Below, piece by piece: positions 1 to 8,966 of a stretch of 64,000 nucleotides of DNA (the first letter of the stretch is position 1; every line of letters begins with the position of its first letter). The DNA is taken from IMG/VR virus record IMGVR_UViG_3300036846_000743, positions 162,074 to 226,073 of that record; one strand, written 5' to 3'. The notes under the pieces were generated by a model. That model searched no databases, was not told the origin of the DNA, and saw only the letters and a list, made by a program, of their open reading frames with translations. The position numbers and the translations under genes are program-made.

Positions 1-536
1 CTGGCCAGGTTCTCCCGGCGTGGAGACAGCGCAGGATCACGCAGCGGGGTCAAGCCCGGATCGGCCTGCTTCGCGGAGCTACCCCAGTCGTCCATGGCAG
101 CTCGAAGTGCCGCCATCTTCATGCCACCAGCCTGGGGCGGGCCCGTGGGGGGCTGCGCGCCGGGCGGCAAGGCCGCGCCCTGGGCCTGGGCAGCCTGCTG
201 CTGCTGGGCCTGCATCTTGATCGCACACTCGGCGCCTTGCTGGCTGTTGGGGTCGGCCACCGAGCAGGCAATCGCGTCGGGGGGCGGTGGCGGCGGGGGC
301 ATCGGCTGTCCGGTGGCCGGGTCTACCGGTGGAGCACCGCCGCCGCCAGCCATAGCATTCGGGTCCATGCCTGGGGGTGGAGCACCACCAGGCGGCGGCT
401 GTCCCCCGCCCTGCTGCTGGGCTTGCAGTGCTTGCTGGGCCAGTTGCATCTGGACATCAGGCGTCGCGGCCTGGGGGTCCATGCTGGGAGTAATTATGGC
501 CAGCTTGGTGAGTCGCTGCGTCAGATCGGCGCGCAT
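1..536 (-). CDS. Pro/Gln/Gly-rich hypothetical protein, runs off the left edge; possibly virion-associated
   Basis: Not in the ORF track because no stop lies in the window. AAGGAGG precedes ATG at 536. Translates MRADLTQRLTKLAIITPSMDPQAATPDVQMQLAQQALQAQQQGGGQPPPGG... Confidence 0.75.
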   Translation of the reverse strand, partial: MRADLTQRLTKLAIITPSMDPQAATPDVQMQLAQQALQAQQQGGGQPPPGGAPPPGMDPNAMAGGGGAPPVDPATGQPMPPPPPPPDAIACSVADPNSQQGAECAIKMQAQQQQAAQAQGAALPPGAQPPTGPPQAGGMKMAALRAAMDDWGSSAKQADPGLTPLRDPALSPRRENLA

Positions 537-563
537 CAACGAGCCCTCCTTGGCGGTAAAGAC

Positions 564-797
564 TTATGTTCGGTCCAGGCCAAGCATCGCGGCCCCCGCC
601 CGGATGCCCAGCAGCTCCGAGACGGACCTGGCCTGCTTCTCCAGCTCGGCCACGGCCTGGGCGCCCTTCACGTGCTCGGGCAGCTTCTTGATGCTCGGAG
701 TCTTGTGTGCCCATTCCTCGCAATTCCAGCCTTTGGCCTGACCGCGGCCCTTCATTGCGAAGCATTTTTTTGCCTGGGCTTTACTTGTAAACGGCAC
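564..797 (-). CDS. small phage protein (MPFxSKAQ type)
   Basis: GGAGG RBS; N-terminus MPFTSKAQAKKCFA resembles small proteins common in phage head modules. Confidence 0.7.
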   Translation of the reverse strand: MPFTSKAQAKKCFAMKGRGQAKGWNCEEWAHKTPSIKKLPEHVKGAQAVAELEKQARSVSELLGIRAGAAMLGLDRT

Positions 798-813
798 GAT
801 ATGTTCCTCCGTG

Positions 814-1452
814 TCAGGGGGTATTCAACCAGAGGCCCTTGCGCCGGCAACCAAGAACGTACTGGCAGCCGCAAGGACACCGGGCCGGGTTAATATCCTT
901 GGTTTCCTTGTCGTAAAGCATGCCTTCGATCTTCTCGAGATCCGCCCTGACGGAGTCAGGATTGCGAATGGCCGGGATCTCGATCTCGCCGGAGAAGAGC
1001 CGCTTCCAGCGCTCCTGGGCTCGCATCCAGCGCTCGGGGATCACGCCGGTGTTTTCCCCCGTGTCGTCATCAGCCGGCCGGGAAAACTGACTGGCAGACA
1101 ACGAAGGCGCATCGCCGGCCGGTCGCCGGTTAAGCTCCCGCTGGATCGACTCGCGCAGGTCGGACATGCCGTGAACAGCAGCGAGTTCATCAGGCATCAT
1201 GTCCTCACTGATACACCTGCCAAAGTTCGCTGACTCGTCGACCAGCTCGTTCACATCGATCATCTCGACCATGGGCCGGAGATCGGGATTGATCGGCTCG
1301 AAACAGCGCTCCCTGCCGGCGTACGAGTCCTGCGGGCCCTGGATACCAGGCACCATCGGGTCCAGCAATTCGCAAAGCTCGGCCTTCTGGGCAGGCGTCA
1401 TGGCCCGGACACAATTCAGCAGTCCTTCAGGTCGAAGCAGCATCAGCTTCAT
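814..1452 (-). CDS. hypothetical protein with C-terminal Cys cluster
   Basis: 212-aa ORF in operon; CPCGC...C near C-terminus. Confidence 0.65.
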   Translation of the reverse strand: MKLMLLRPEGLLNCVRAMTPAQKAELCELLDPMVPGIQGPQDSYAGRERCFEPINPDLRPMVEMIDVNELVDESANFGRCISEDMMPDELAAVHGMSDLRESIQRELNRRPAGDAPSLSASQFSRPADDDTGENTGVIPERWMRAQERWKRLFSGEIEIPAIRNPDSVRADLEKIEGMLYDKETKDINPARCPCGCQYVLGCRRKGLWLNTP

Positions 1453-1529
1453 CCTCCGTGCAGAGCGGGCTCACACAGTATCAGCGACCAAGGCTCAGCC
1501 CGCAAGCACCTCAGTCGTTACGCGGCGTA

Positions 1530-2183
1530 TCACGTGTCGATGACCCGCACTCGCGGCGGTCTCGGTACAGCAATTCCCGGCTCAGGGGCCGGTAGTTTCA
1601 CATTCTCGACCAGGGCGGCGAACTTGCCCGAGGCCAGCATGCCGTTATCGGCGGCCTCCTGCAAGACCAGGTCCCTGTCGATGCCGTCGTTGTTGCCGGC
1701 CGCCAGCTTGATCAGGTCCCGCATCACGGACTTGAGCGGCCTGAGCTGGACGGTCGAATCCCAGTCCACCGGCGTCCCGAAGGGCTTCGTGACCGGCGGA
1801 AGCGGATTGTCGAACCCCTTGGACCAGGCCCAGGGCGACATCCCCAGCGCGAGCAAAAACGGCGGCACGATCTCGCGCTCGATCAGCTCCCGGACGCCGG
1901 TCTCGATCAGGTCCAGGAGCGTGTCGATGTGCAGGGCAAGGCAGCGACACCGGAAGTCGACAGCGAGCACGCCGTCGGTCGTCTTCTGGGGCCGGCTCAC
2001 TTCCATGCGCTCGATGATCCGCTCGTGCTCCCACCATTCATTGGGGATCACGACCCCCGGGGTGAGCACCCCGCGGCCCATGATCCGCAAGTAAGGATCA
2101 GCCTTGGCCTGACGCCGCAGTTCCGTGTGCAGCTCCGAGAGGATGACCGACGCGACCGGCGTGCCTGGCGGCGGAGCAGCCAT
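1530..2183 (-). CDS. hypothetical protein with C-terminal RVRVIDT tag
   Basis: AGGAG RBS; 217 aa; ends PRPPRVRVIDT*. Confidence 0.75.
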   Translation of the reverse strand: MAAPPPGTPVASVILSELHTELRRQAKADPYLRIMGRGVLTPGVVIPNEWWEHERIIERMEVSRPQKTTDGVLAVDFRCRCLALHIDTLLDLIETGVRELIEREIVPPFLLALGMSPWAWSKGFDNPLPPVTKPFGTPVDWDSTVQLRPLKSVMRDLIKLAAGNNDGIDRDLVLQEAADNGMLASGKFAALVENVKLPAPEPGIAVPRPPRVRVIDT

Positions 2184-2194
2184 GTCCTGGTCTC

Positions 2195-2575
2195 CTACGT
2201 GTCGATGATCCTGCGGCGAGGTGCAGCCAGCTTCGGCTGGCCAATGGACGATGGCGACTTGGGCTGGGGCGGCGGTCTGGATACTGGCTTCTTCTGCACG
2301 TTGTGAATCACGGCCGTGTCGGGCAGCGGCTTGAGCCCCGGCCCCGACTTCGCCAGGAAGTCCCTGGCCTGGAGCGGGGCCGACTGCATCACGATGACCT
2401 CGCCGGGCCGGACATGCGCGGATCGCTTGATCGCGACGGAGTACGGCCTGTTGGAATACGCCGCGGTCATGGCCAGCTGATCGAGCACGTTGAAGACGTC
2501 GGGCGCGGCCACGAAGATGGTGCCCGGCGCGGCGGTATTGAGCAGATCATTGAGCTGACTGACGTTCACGGACAT
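2195..2575 (-). CDS. hypothetical protein with C-terminal RRRIIDT tag
   Basis: Start at 2575 (MSVNVSQL) or possibly 2686; ends APRRRIIDT*. Confidence 0.7.
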   Translation of the reverse strand: MSVNVSQLNDLLNTAAPGTIFVAAPDVFNVLDQLAMTAAYSNRPYSVAIKRSAHVRPGEVIVMQSAPLQARDFLAKSGPGLKPLPDTAVIHNVQKKPVSRPPPQPKSPSSIGQPKLAAPRRRIIDT

Positions 2576-2678
2576 CAAGCTACCCTGCTTCAAAGGGCAC
2601 CAGGACAGCAGCGGCGAGAAAGTCGCTAAACGCCGCTGCCACCCCGGACCGCCGGAGTGCACGACGGTGCCGTCGATC

Positions 2679-2912
2679 CTACTCATTCACGACCCGGGCC
2701 GCTATCTCACGAATTCTCAGGTCCAAGATCAGGTCCATGGAGCCCCGGGGCTGAGCTTTGCGCTCGTGGTGCAGGCAGAGCGCCTGGATCAGCAGATCGG
2801 GATAGGCAATGCAGCCCTTGTCCATGCTGTAGATCGCCACCGCCGGGCTATCGCACAGCGAGCAGTGCAGGACAGGGCCAAGGCCCCGACCGGGGCTGTC
2901 ACCGCAGGGCAA
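2679..2912 (-). CDS. small Cys/His-rich, possibly Zn-binding protein
   Basis: CSLC...C...CLHH; abuts the upstream gene. Confidence 0.5.
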   Translation of the reverse strand: MPCGDSPGRGLGPVLHCSLCDSPAVAIYSMDKGCIAYPDLLIQALCLHHERKAQPRGSMDLILDLRIREIAARVVNE

Positions 2913-3350
2913 TCACCTGGCCTTGCGGGGCTGCGCGCCCACGTTTCCCGTCGTGATCGGCATGGAGCTGTCCCGGACATCCATGTTCCTCATGCCCTTG
3001 GTCTCCCTGGGCATGGTGATCGGGATCGTGCTGTCGGGCCGTGGCCGCGGCAGCTTCCCGGGCTCGGTGTCCACGACGGGAACAGCCATACCCCCCTGGA
3101 AGACCAGGGAGAACTGACCATCGACGACGCCGGTCGAGATGACCGGATGCTCCTTCAGGTACGCGCAGCCGATCTTGATGAAGCGCTCGATGTGCTCCCA
3201 CGACTCCTGGGGCGGGGAGCCCGGCAGGAAGCTCCCCAGGTAGACGTTGTGCAGCAGATCCAGCAGGTCGATGCCGATGTATGGCTCGTCATCGCCGCCG
3301 GACGTGCCGGCGACCTGTCCCTGCTTCTGTGCGAATTCGTGCGGGTCCAT
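2913..3350 (-). CDS. hypothetical protein
   Basis: 145 aa; TGATG overlap with the upstream gene. Confidence 0.65.
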   Translation of the reverse strand: MDPHEFAQKQGQVAGTSGGDDEPYIGIDLLDLLHNVYLGSFLPGSPPQESWEHIERFIKIGCAYLKEHPVISTGVVDGQFSLVFQGGMAVPVVDTEPGKLPRPRPDSTIPITMPRETKGMRNMDVRDSSMPITTGNVGAQPRKAR

Positions 3351-3694
3351 CAGGTGTCAACTATCCTCCGGCGAATGGAAGGGACCGCAACCGGTGACTT
3401 CGCCCCTGGGCCGGTAGCAGAACTAACCGGCTGGTCATCCAGCGATGAAGGCGGCTGCGGTTGTATCACAGTTTTCTGGGGCCCTGCGTTGATGATCACG
3501 GGCTTCTCGGCGATGGTCTTGTAGAATGGCTTGACTTTCACGGGCTTGCCCGTATCGACGTCAAGTCCCACCAGGCCATTCGCCGCGGGAGCCAGCTGGA
3601 CCACGTAGCCACTGTCCAGCTCGACTGGCTCGGTGGCGGCCAGCTCGGCCCCGACTTGCTCGAAGAAGTCCCGCAAGCATAGCTGCGTTGACAT
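3350..3694 (-). CDS. hypothetical protein with C-terminal RRRIVDT tag
   Basis: GGAG RBS; ends PSIRRRIVDT*. Confidence 0.75.
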   Translation of the reverse strand: MSTQLCLRDFFEQVGAELAATEPVELDSGYVVQLAPAANGLVGLDVDTGKPVKVKPFYKTIAEKPVIINAGPQKTVIQPQPPSSLDDQPVSSATGPGAKSPVAVPSIRRRIVDT

Positions 3695-3698
3695 TTAC

Positions 3699-3911
3699 TC
3701 ACTCCGGCGACTCGTGATCTTCCGGGTGCTGCTGGATGTGCTCGCCCTGCTTCAAGACCTTGTAGTGCATGGCATCGTCCTTGATGGCGAGTGTGACCTG
3801 GAAAGTGGTACCGACAGGATCAACCCGGTTGATCTGGAACGAGATCGTTTCCCCTGTCTTTACATTAACACAGTGTACCCATCGGCCGCACTTTCGCCTT
3901 ACCATGAGCAT
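3699..3911 (-). CDS. divergent CsrA/RsmA-like small protein
   Basis: MLMVRRKCG...ISFQINRV...VTLAI..D...YKVLKQGE follows the CsrA strand pattern MLVLxRKxG...VRLGIxAP...IxRxE; 70 aa. Confidence 0.5.
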   Translation of the reverse strand: MLMVRRKCGRWVHCVNVKTGETISFQINRVDPVGTTFQVTLAIKDDAMHYKVLKQGEHIQQHPEDHESPE

Positions 3912-3933
3912 CGGTCAAAAGCCCTTCCGTGGT

Positions 3934-4563
3934 TCACGTCCTTGCGACATCTGATCGGACAGCACTACGAGCAGCCCGCGCGTCATCGATCCCGTGCGAG
4001 ACCTTGGTCAGCGAATCTCGTGCTGCATCGATCAGCGCCATGAGCGACTTGTGCCCGACCAGTCTGGGCATTGCCTGGAGAAGCTGGCCATGGCGTTCGA
4101 TGATGTGCTTGAGCTGCTGGCCATGACGCAGATACTCTCCCGGGGTGAGGTCAGTTAGCACCTTGTGCGCGAATGCAGCGATCTCGGCGAGCTTGATCAG
4201 CTGAGCTACCTCGGAGGCCAGTCCGAGAGCCTCGCGTAGCTTGAGATGACGGGTAGGCTCGGTCATGCGGTTGTCGGGCGTCACCTGGGCCAGCAAGTTC
4301 GCGACTTCCGGGCTGGCCAGCCCGCAGATCTCCTCGAAGGTAAGACCGTAGCCATCCATGGCGTAGATCAGGATGCCGGCGCAGCGCGCCACAATCACGG
4401 AGCTGGTCTCGCCGTCGTAGAGGTGAGCCCGGCGCCCGACGTACTGTTCGGCAAAACGCCCTACGCCCGGCGGATCGGCCCGGCATGGGACGGCGTCTCG
4501 CACGACCAGGTCTCTGTGCGGTAAATAAACATATAGCTCCAGCGCAGTTGGGTCGAGTGGCAT
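3934..4563 (-). CDS. degenerate HD-domain (Mesh1/SpoT hydrolase-like) protein
   Basis: LTFEEI...PEVANLLAQVT.D...ASEVAQLIKLAE resembles the (p)ppGpp-hydrolase scaffold, but the HD and ED residues are absent; GGAGG RBS. Confidence 0.5.
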   Translation of the reverse strand: MPLDPTALELYVYLPHRDLVVRDAVPCRADPPGVGRFAEQYVGRRAHLYDGETSSVIVARCAGILIYAMDGYGLTFEEICGLASPEVANLLAQVTPDNRMTEPTRHLKLREALGLASEVAQLIKLAEIAAFAHKVLTDLTPGEYLRHGQQLKHIIERHGQLLQAMPRLVGHKSLMALIDAARDSLTKVSHGIDDARAARSAVRSDVART

Positions 4564-4637
4564 TGGATCCTCCAATGGTAAATTCCATGAAGATGCCTCC
4601 CGCACCTTACCCAACAAGCACTTGGAGCTTCAATGCG

Positions 4638-5636
4638 TTACTTCTTGTGTTCCGGCGGCTTATGTTCCGGCGGCCGATGCGTTTCGGGTGACCTGGCATG
4701 GTGCTCGGCCGGCTTGGCATGGTGCTCGGCCGGCTTGGCATGGTGCTCGGCCGGCTTGGCATGGTGCTCGGCCGGCTTGGCGTGATGTTCCGCCTGCTTG
4801 GCCGCCGCCTCCTTCTTTTCGGCCTCGCCTTCGGTCTGGAGCCTGGGCGGCTCGACGAACGAACCATCGGGATGGACCGTGCCCTGGGCTGGCACGCTGC
4901 CGAAGCTGGCCCGCCGGGGCAGCCCAAACGCCCCGGTGATGCCGCCACCAGCACTGGGCGGAGTCACAGGCGCGCCGGCCGAGCCGCCAGGTGCTTCCGG
5001 CTGGAAATGGCCATCCGGCGTCCTGGCCGACACGGTACGCATTGTCTTGGGCGCCATCTTGGCCTGTTCGAGCGCCGTGACGACGCGCGAGCCCCGCGGG
5101 GTCACAACCGGGGTGACTGCGCGCACAACCGGCACGCCGCCGGCGATGCCCGTGCCGCTGTGGGTCGGGACCGTCATGTTCGCCATGGCTCGCAGCCGGG
5201 GATCGGCCTTGGCGATCTCATCCTCGTCCATCTCGGCCAGTATATTCATGACTTCGACGCGGGCACGTAGCCGGTCACGGTAGCCAATCTGGTTCTGCCG
5301 GTAGCCATCACCGCCGACGGTATAGGCCGTGCTGTAGCCGCCGCCTCGCTGCCCCTTGGTGGCAACCTGTGGTACTCCGACGTTGCGCAGCTTGGGACGG
5401 TTGGGATAGCGGCGGCCGCTGCGTCCCACGATCGCATCGGGATAACCGTCGCGATCGTAGTCGATCATGACCGGGCTGACCGCCCTGGCGCCGCGCTCGA
5501 CCCGGGCATCGAAGCTCTCGATAGGTCCGCCGCCAGCAGCAGCATCACCATTCTCGATCGCCTCCTTGCGGCGAGCCTTTTCTTCGGGCGTCAGCTGACG
5601 ATGACCTTTGTGCGCTGTCTCGTGTGCTTTGGCCAT
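4638..5636 (-). CDS. low-complexity protein with a DxDxDG motif and His-rich C-terminal repeats
   Basis: AAGGAG RBS; DYDRDGYPD; AEHHAKP repeats followed by PPEHK repeats. Confidence 0.75.
   Translation of the reverse strand: MAKAHETAHKGHRQLTPEEKARRKEAIENGDAAAGGGPIESFDARVERGARAVSPVMIDYDRDGYPDAIVGRSGRRYPNRPKLRNVGVPQVATKGQRGGGYSTAYTVGGDGYRQNQIGYRDRLRARVEVMNILAEMDEDEIAKADPRLRAMANMTVPTHSGTGIAGGVPVVRAVTPVVTPRGSRVVTALEQAKMAPKTMRTVSARTPDGHFQPEAPGGSAGAPVTPPSAGGGITGAFGLPRRASFGSVPAQGTVHPDGSFVEPPRLQTEGEAEKKEAAAKQAEHHAKPAEHHAKPAEHHAKPAEHHAKPAEHHARSPETHRPPEHKPPEHKK
4694..4798. repeat. 21-bp coding tandem repeat (4 perfect copies + 1 degenerate)
   Basis: tggcatggtgctcggccggct at 4694, 4715, 4736 and 4757; variant at 4778; encodes AEHHAKP on the minus strand. 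Confidence 0.95.
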
Positions 5637-5728
5637 GGGAGCGAACTCCTTCTCAAGGATCGGCCTTCCGAACGACTGAACAACGGATCTCTTATCTTAC
5701 GCATCAGCACGGTGTGACGGTAGAGCGT

Positions 5729-6385
5729 TCAGAAATGCGCCGCCACAACTCCCGGTTGGTGAATCACTGGCAGCTTGTGCGCGCAGCGCAGATAAGCCCC
5801 GAAATAGTCGGCGTCATGCCGCTCCTGTGCGTGCTTGAAAACGCCCAGCTCACAGGCCCTGATCGTGGGGAAAGCCATGCAGGTCAGATCAACTTCGCCG
5901 GGCCTGAGATCATCGACCGGGTGCTTGCGGCTCGGCCGCACGCCCAGATACATGGGATGCGGCAGCAAGACCTGGGGATTGTATTCGCGCGTCACCCACC
6001 AGTCGATGTCGACCAGCGACAAACAGCCAGGCACCCTGGCGATGTTCTCGGCGTGGGCCAGTAAGTAGTCAGGATACAGCATACAGTCGTGTCCGATGAT
6101 CACCGTGTAGTCGCCGGTCGCCAGCTCCAGCCCGCGGCGGCGTGAGACATTGCCCCATTTACCCGGCGCGCTGGGTAAGGTAACGAAGCTGAACCGCTCG
6201 GGCATGCCCGGTTCCATCAGCGTCGTGAGAAAGTCATCGAAGATAGCGCGGGCAACAGGGTGCGCGCCGTCGGCCACGAAGATCACGTTCCAGTCAGCCA
6301 GCTTTTGCCGCAATATCGTGGAAAGAATATTGGGCATGAGCCCTTCCCGCTCATAAACCGTGACGACGATGGTGAACTGGCTCAT
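5729..6385 (-). CDS. glycosyltransferase family 2 (GT-A)
   Basis: FTIVVTVYER...VIFVADG...RRRGLELATGDY...GHDC: GT2 N-terminal pattern. Confidence 0.8.
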   Translation of the reverse strand: MSQFTIVVTVYEREGLMPNILSTILRQKLADWNVIFVADGAHPVARAIFDDFLTTLMEPGMPERFSFVTLPSAPGKWGNVSRRRGLELATGDYTVIIGHDCMLYPDYLLAHAENIARVPGCLSLVDIDWWVTREYNPQVLLPHPMYLGVRPSRKHPVDDLRPGEVDLTCMAFPTIRACELGVFKHAQERHDADYFGAYLRCAHKLPVIHQPGVVAAHF

Positions 6386-7098
6386 AGCGCGACCCACGGC
6401 TTGATCGGGTGATGTCGGCAGCGGAAGAACGGGTTCCCCAGCCGTTGCTTGTTCCAGGGATCCCTGGTGCGGCCCGGCGAGAGCGAAATGCACTGCATAT
6501 TCAACCGCCACAGACAGTACGCAAATGACAGCTGGTCGCGCCGGCTGCCACGCTCGATCTCGCCCCACCACAGCTCGGAAAGCCGTCTGAGCTGCCCGCT
6601 GTGCCGCCGCAACAAGATCGATGTTTCGTGCAGCTTGTAACCCTTGCTGTCAAAGCCTTCCTCGCAGTAGCGCAGCATCTGGGCCTGAACCACGGCCGGA
6701 TCGTCAACCGGGATGGAGATGACCTGCTCGGCTTCTTCTTCGAGCGTATTCCGCGAAGGATGCCGGAAGCTGGCGATGTCCGGCCCCCGCAGGAACCATT
6801 CGGGGAACCAGGAGATATCGGCCACCGGTTCGTAATTTGCGTCCATCCAGATCGAGTATTCGTACTCCGGAAAACACTCCATGGGATTGTGCTTGTGCCA
6901 GCGGGCCGTACGCACCGGATCGGTCGCGTGTCGCCAGAGCAGCGGCCGCACGACCCACGGCGCTGTGCTGATCTGGGGATCAAGCTCCTTATCGAGGAAA
7001 AGCACATAGTCGAACTGAGGACAGACGAACGATACCTGCGGGCAAGGATCTCGGTCGGCGACGATGCAGGTGTAAAAGACCGTCTTCATGCTGATCAT
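6382..7098 (-). CDS. DUF616 / TOD1-MUCI70-like glycosyltransferase
   Basis: YSIWMDAN, RHPSR...EE and RRDQLSFAYCLW motifs. Confidence 0.8.
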   Translation of the reverse strand: MISMKTVFYTCIVADRDPCPQVSFVCPQFDYVLFLDKELDPQISTAPWVVRPLLWRHATDPVRTARWHKHNPMECFPEYEYSIWMDANYEPVADISWFPEWFLRGPDIASFRHPSRNTLEEEAEQVISIPVDDPAVVQAQMLRYCEEGFDSKGYKLHETSILLRRHSGQLRRLSELWWGEIERGSRRDQLSFAYCLWRLNMQCISLSPGRTRDPWNKQRLGNPFFRCRHHPIKPWVAL

Positions 7099-7919
7099 CC
7101 GCGGTAATGGTGGGTGATGTCCTCGTGGAGCCGGGCCAGGGACATCTCACGGACTTCTCCTCGCCAGTGATAGTCGGCTTCGACGGCGTCATTCCCCGTG
7201 TGGATGTGATAACACCGGGCGATGCTCCGGCACATGTTCTCGTGCAGGAGCCTGAGCTGTCGGTGCGAGTTGAAGTCATGCCCGAGCCGGATCAGTAATT
7301 CGATCTTGTCGAGATGGCCGAAATGATAGGACTCATCGTAGCGAATGCCCAGGTTCCAGCCGTGCCGAGTGATGATGAGCTGAGGCTCGTCCAGCTCAGC
7401 AGTCGGCACTGGCACACCTGCCAGCGCAGCATTCCAGGATGCATGACTGATCCGGAGCATCGGCAGCGAGTAGGCCAGCTTGCCTTTGCCGTCGACGTGA
7501 TCACTCACGATCTCGGCCATGACTTCTTCCCATAGGTCCCATGTAAACCCGCAGTCGCCATCCAGGACGGCTGCGAACTGGGCGCCATGCTCATCGAAAG
7601 CGATGCGGAGGCCCTCGTTGCGGGCGTGGTTAATTCCGGGGCAGTAAAGCAAGCGATCGTCGCGACCCTTGGCCTTGAAGTAGGGATCTTCCCTGAACAC
7701 CAGTTCGCGAAGTCGGCCCCGGTACCCGGGCGCGAGCAGCTTGCAGTAGGCCGCGACCAGCTCCGGGTTCCAGACCCGGTTGATGATCCAGTACTTGGTC
7801 ACGCCGCCCAGTTCTGGCTCCCTGAGTAATTGCTCGAGCACGACCAGCCTGCTGCCTGGCAGATCACGAGGTGGCAGCTCATTGCCCAGGATCCTGATCA
7901 CGAAGAAAAGCGGTCTCAT
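7095..7919 (-). CDS. putative GT-A glycosyltransferase
   Basis: INHARNEGL followed by a DxD motif (VLDGDC); lies in the GT cluster. Confidence 0.6.
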   Translation of the reverse strand: MRPLFFVIRILGNELPPRDLPGSRLVVLEQLLREPELGGVTKYWIINRVWNPELVAAYCKLLAPGYRGRLRELVFREDPYFKAKGRDDRLLYCPGINHARNEGLRIAFDEHGAQFAAVLDGDCGFTWDLWEEVMAEIVSDHVDGKGKLAYSLPMLRISHASWNAALAGVPVPTAELDEPQLIITRHGWNLGIRYDESYHFGHLDKIELLIRLGHDFNSHRQLRLLHENMCRSIARCYHIHTGNDAVEADYHWRGEVREMSLARLHEDITHHYRG

Positions 7920-8953
7920 CGCGTCTTCCACACCTCCCGCGGAACAGCGTCTAACCATGCGGCCTCGAAGTCAAGCCGCCGCTGTTCCAGACCGATCGAG
8001 CAGCCTGCGGATATCCGCGACAATTCGGCCGGTTCGGTGAGGAGCATGAGCGCGTCGATCAGGCTCTGTCGATCTGCCGGCATGAGCAGTGTCAGCTCAT
8101 CGGGGACGAAACTGGCAGCCGAGCAGGGAACCAGTATCGAATTCCTGGGGTTTGCCAGCTCATCGAGCGTCTGGGTGTCGAACCCCACGATGGGCGTTCC
8201 CATGTGGAGCGAGAACAAGGCCCACATGCCGAAGTTGTAGATGGTCGACGAGAGCAGAGTTACCGAGTGCTCGCCACAGCGCAGAAGCTGTTGCTGATAG
8301 TTCACCGGCCGATCGAGAGTCAGCCGGGGCTCGATCTTCGCCAGGTTTTCGAGCCGCTTGACCAGGACACCGCGGCGACCATCCATCGAAACTGTAACCT
8401 GAACAGACTGATCATATTCGAACAACGCCTCGACGACATCGATGACCGAGCCGTCACCGCTATCTTCCGGTCGGTCGACCGGGGGCACGTAAACCTTGAG
8501 TGATCCATCGGGTTGCCGGTTCGTGACCGGCAGCATCGGGCTCCACGGACATAAGGTCGCATTGCGCAAGCCGCGATCCTTGAGTATATGGACCCAGTGC
8601 TGACTGGGAGCCATGACCCGCCAGAACTGCCGACCAGCTTCACCGATCGCGCGCAGATCATCCCAGTCAGGTACCAGGATAGCGCGCTTGCCAGCCTTGG
8701 CCACCCAGGTCGGCTGAGCTGGCTGCGGGCAAAATGTCCAGATCACGATATCGAGCGTGGCCGCCCAGTCAGTAAACCGGATCTGCGAATCATGCCGGAC
8801 CCGTTTGTCCCAGAAACTGCTCACCAGTGGCTTCCTGGGCGTCGGCGTCAGGATGGTCACATCATGCTGCCACTGGCTCATCAGATCGGCGATCTGGATG
8901 GCCGCGTAGGTTGAGATCCGACGTTGCCATCGGGTATAGATGCCGACGTTCAT
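7916..8953 (-). CDS. putative GT-B (GT4-like) glycosyltransferase
   Basis: MNVGIY start; HDVTIL; C-terminal NFGMWALFSLHMGTPIVGFD resembles a degenerate EGFGxxxxEAMxxGxPVI motif. Confidence 0.6.
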   Translation of the reverse strand: MNVGIYTRWQRRISTYAAIQIADLMSQWQHDVTILTPTPRKPLVSSFWDKRVRHDSQIRFTDWAATLDIVIWTFCPQPAQPTWVAKAGKRAILVPDWDDLRAIGEAGRQFWRVMAPSQHWVHILKDRGLRNATLCPWSPMLPVTNRQPDGSLKVYVPPVDRPEDSGDGSVIDVVEALFEYDQSVQVTVSMDGRRGVLVKRLENLAKIEPRLTLDRPVNYQQQLLRCGEHSVTLLSSTIYNFGMWALFSLHMGTPIVGFDTQTLDELANPRNSILVPCSAASFVPDELTLLMPADRQSLIDALMLLTEPAELSRISAGCSIGLEQRRLDFEAAWLDAVPREVWKTR

Positions 8954-8966
8954 TCACCACCCCGGC

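Noticed and set aside
1-797. Stop-codon readthrough or recoding joining 564-797 to the in-frame downstream ORF
   Set aside because: The downstream ORF has its own AAGGAGG and ATG at 536, and all three stop codons end conserved genes elsewhere, so the standard code fits.
4694-4798. Possible CRISPR or guide array
   Set aside because: Repeats are contiguous with no spacers, and the 21-bp unit is in frame within a CDS.
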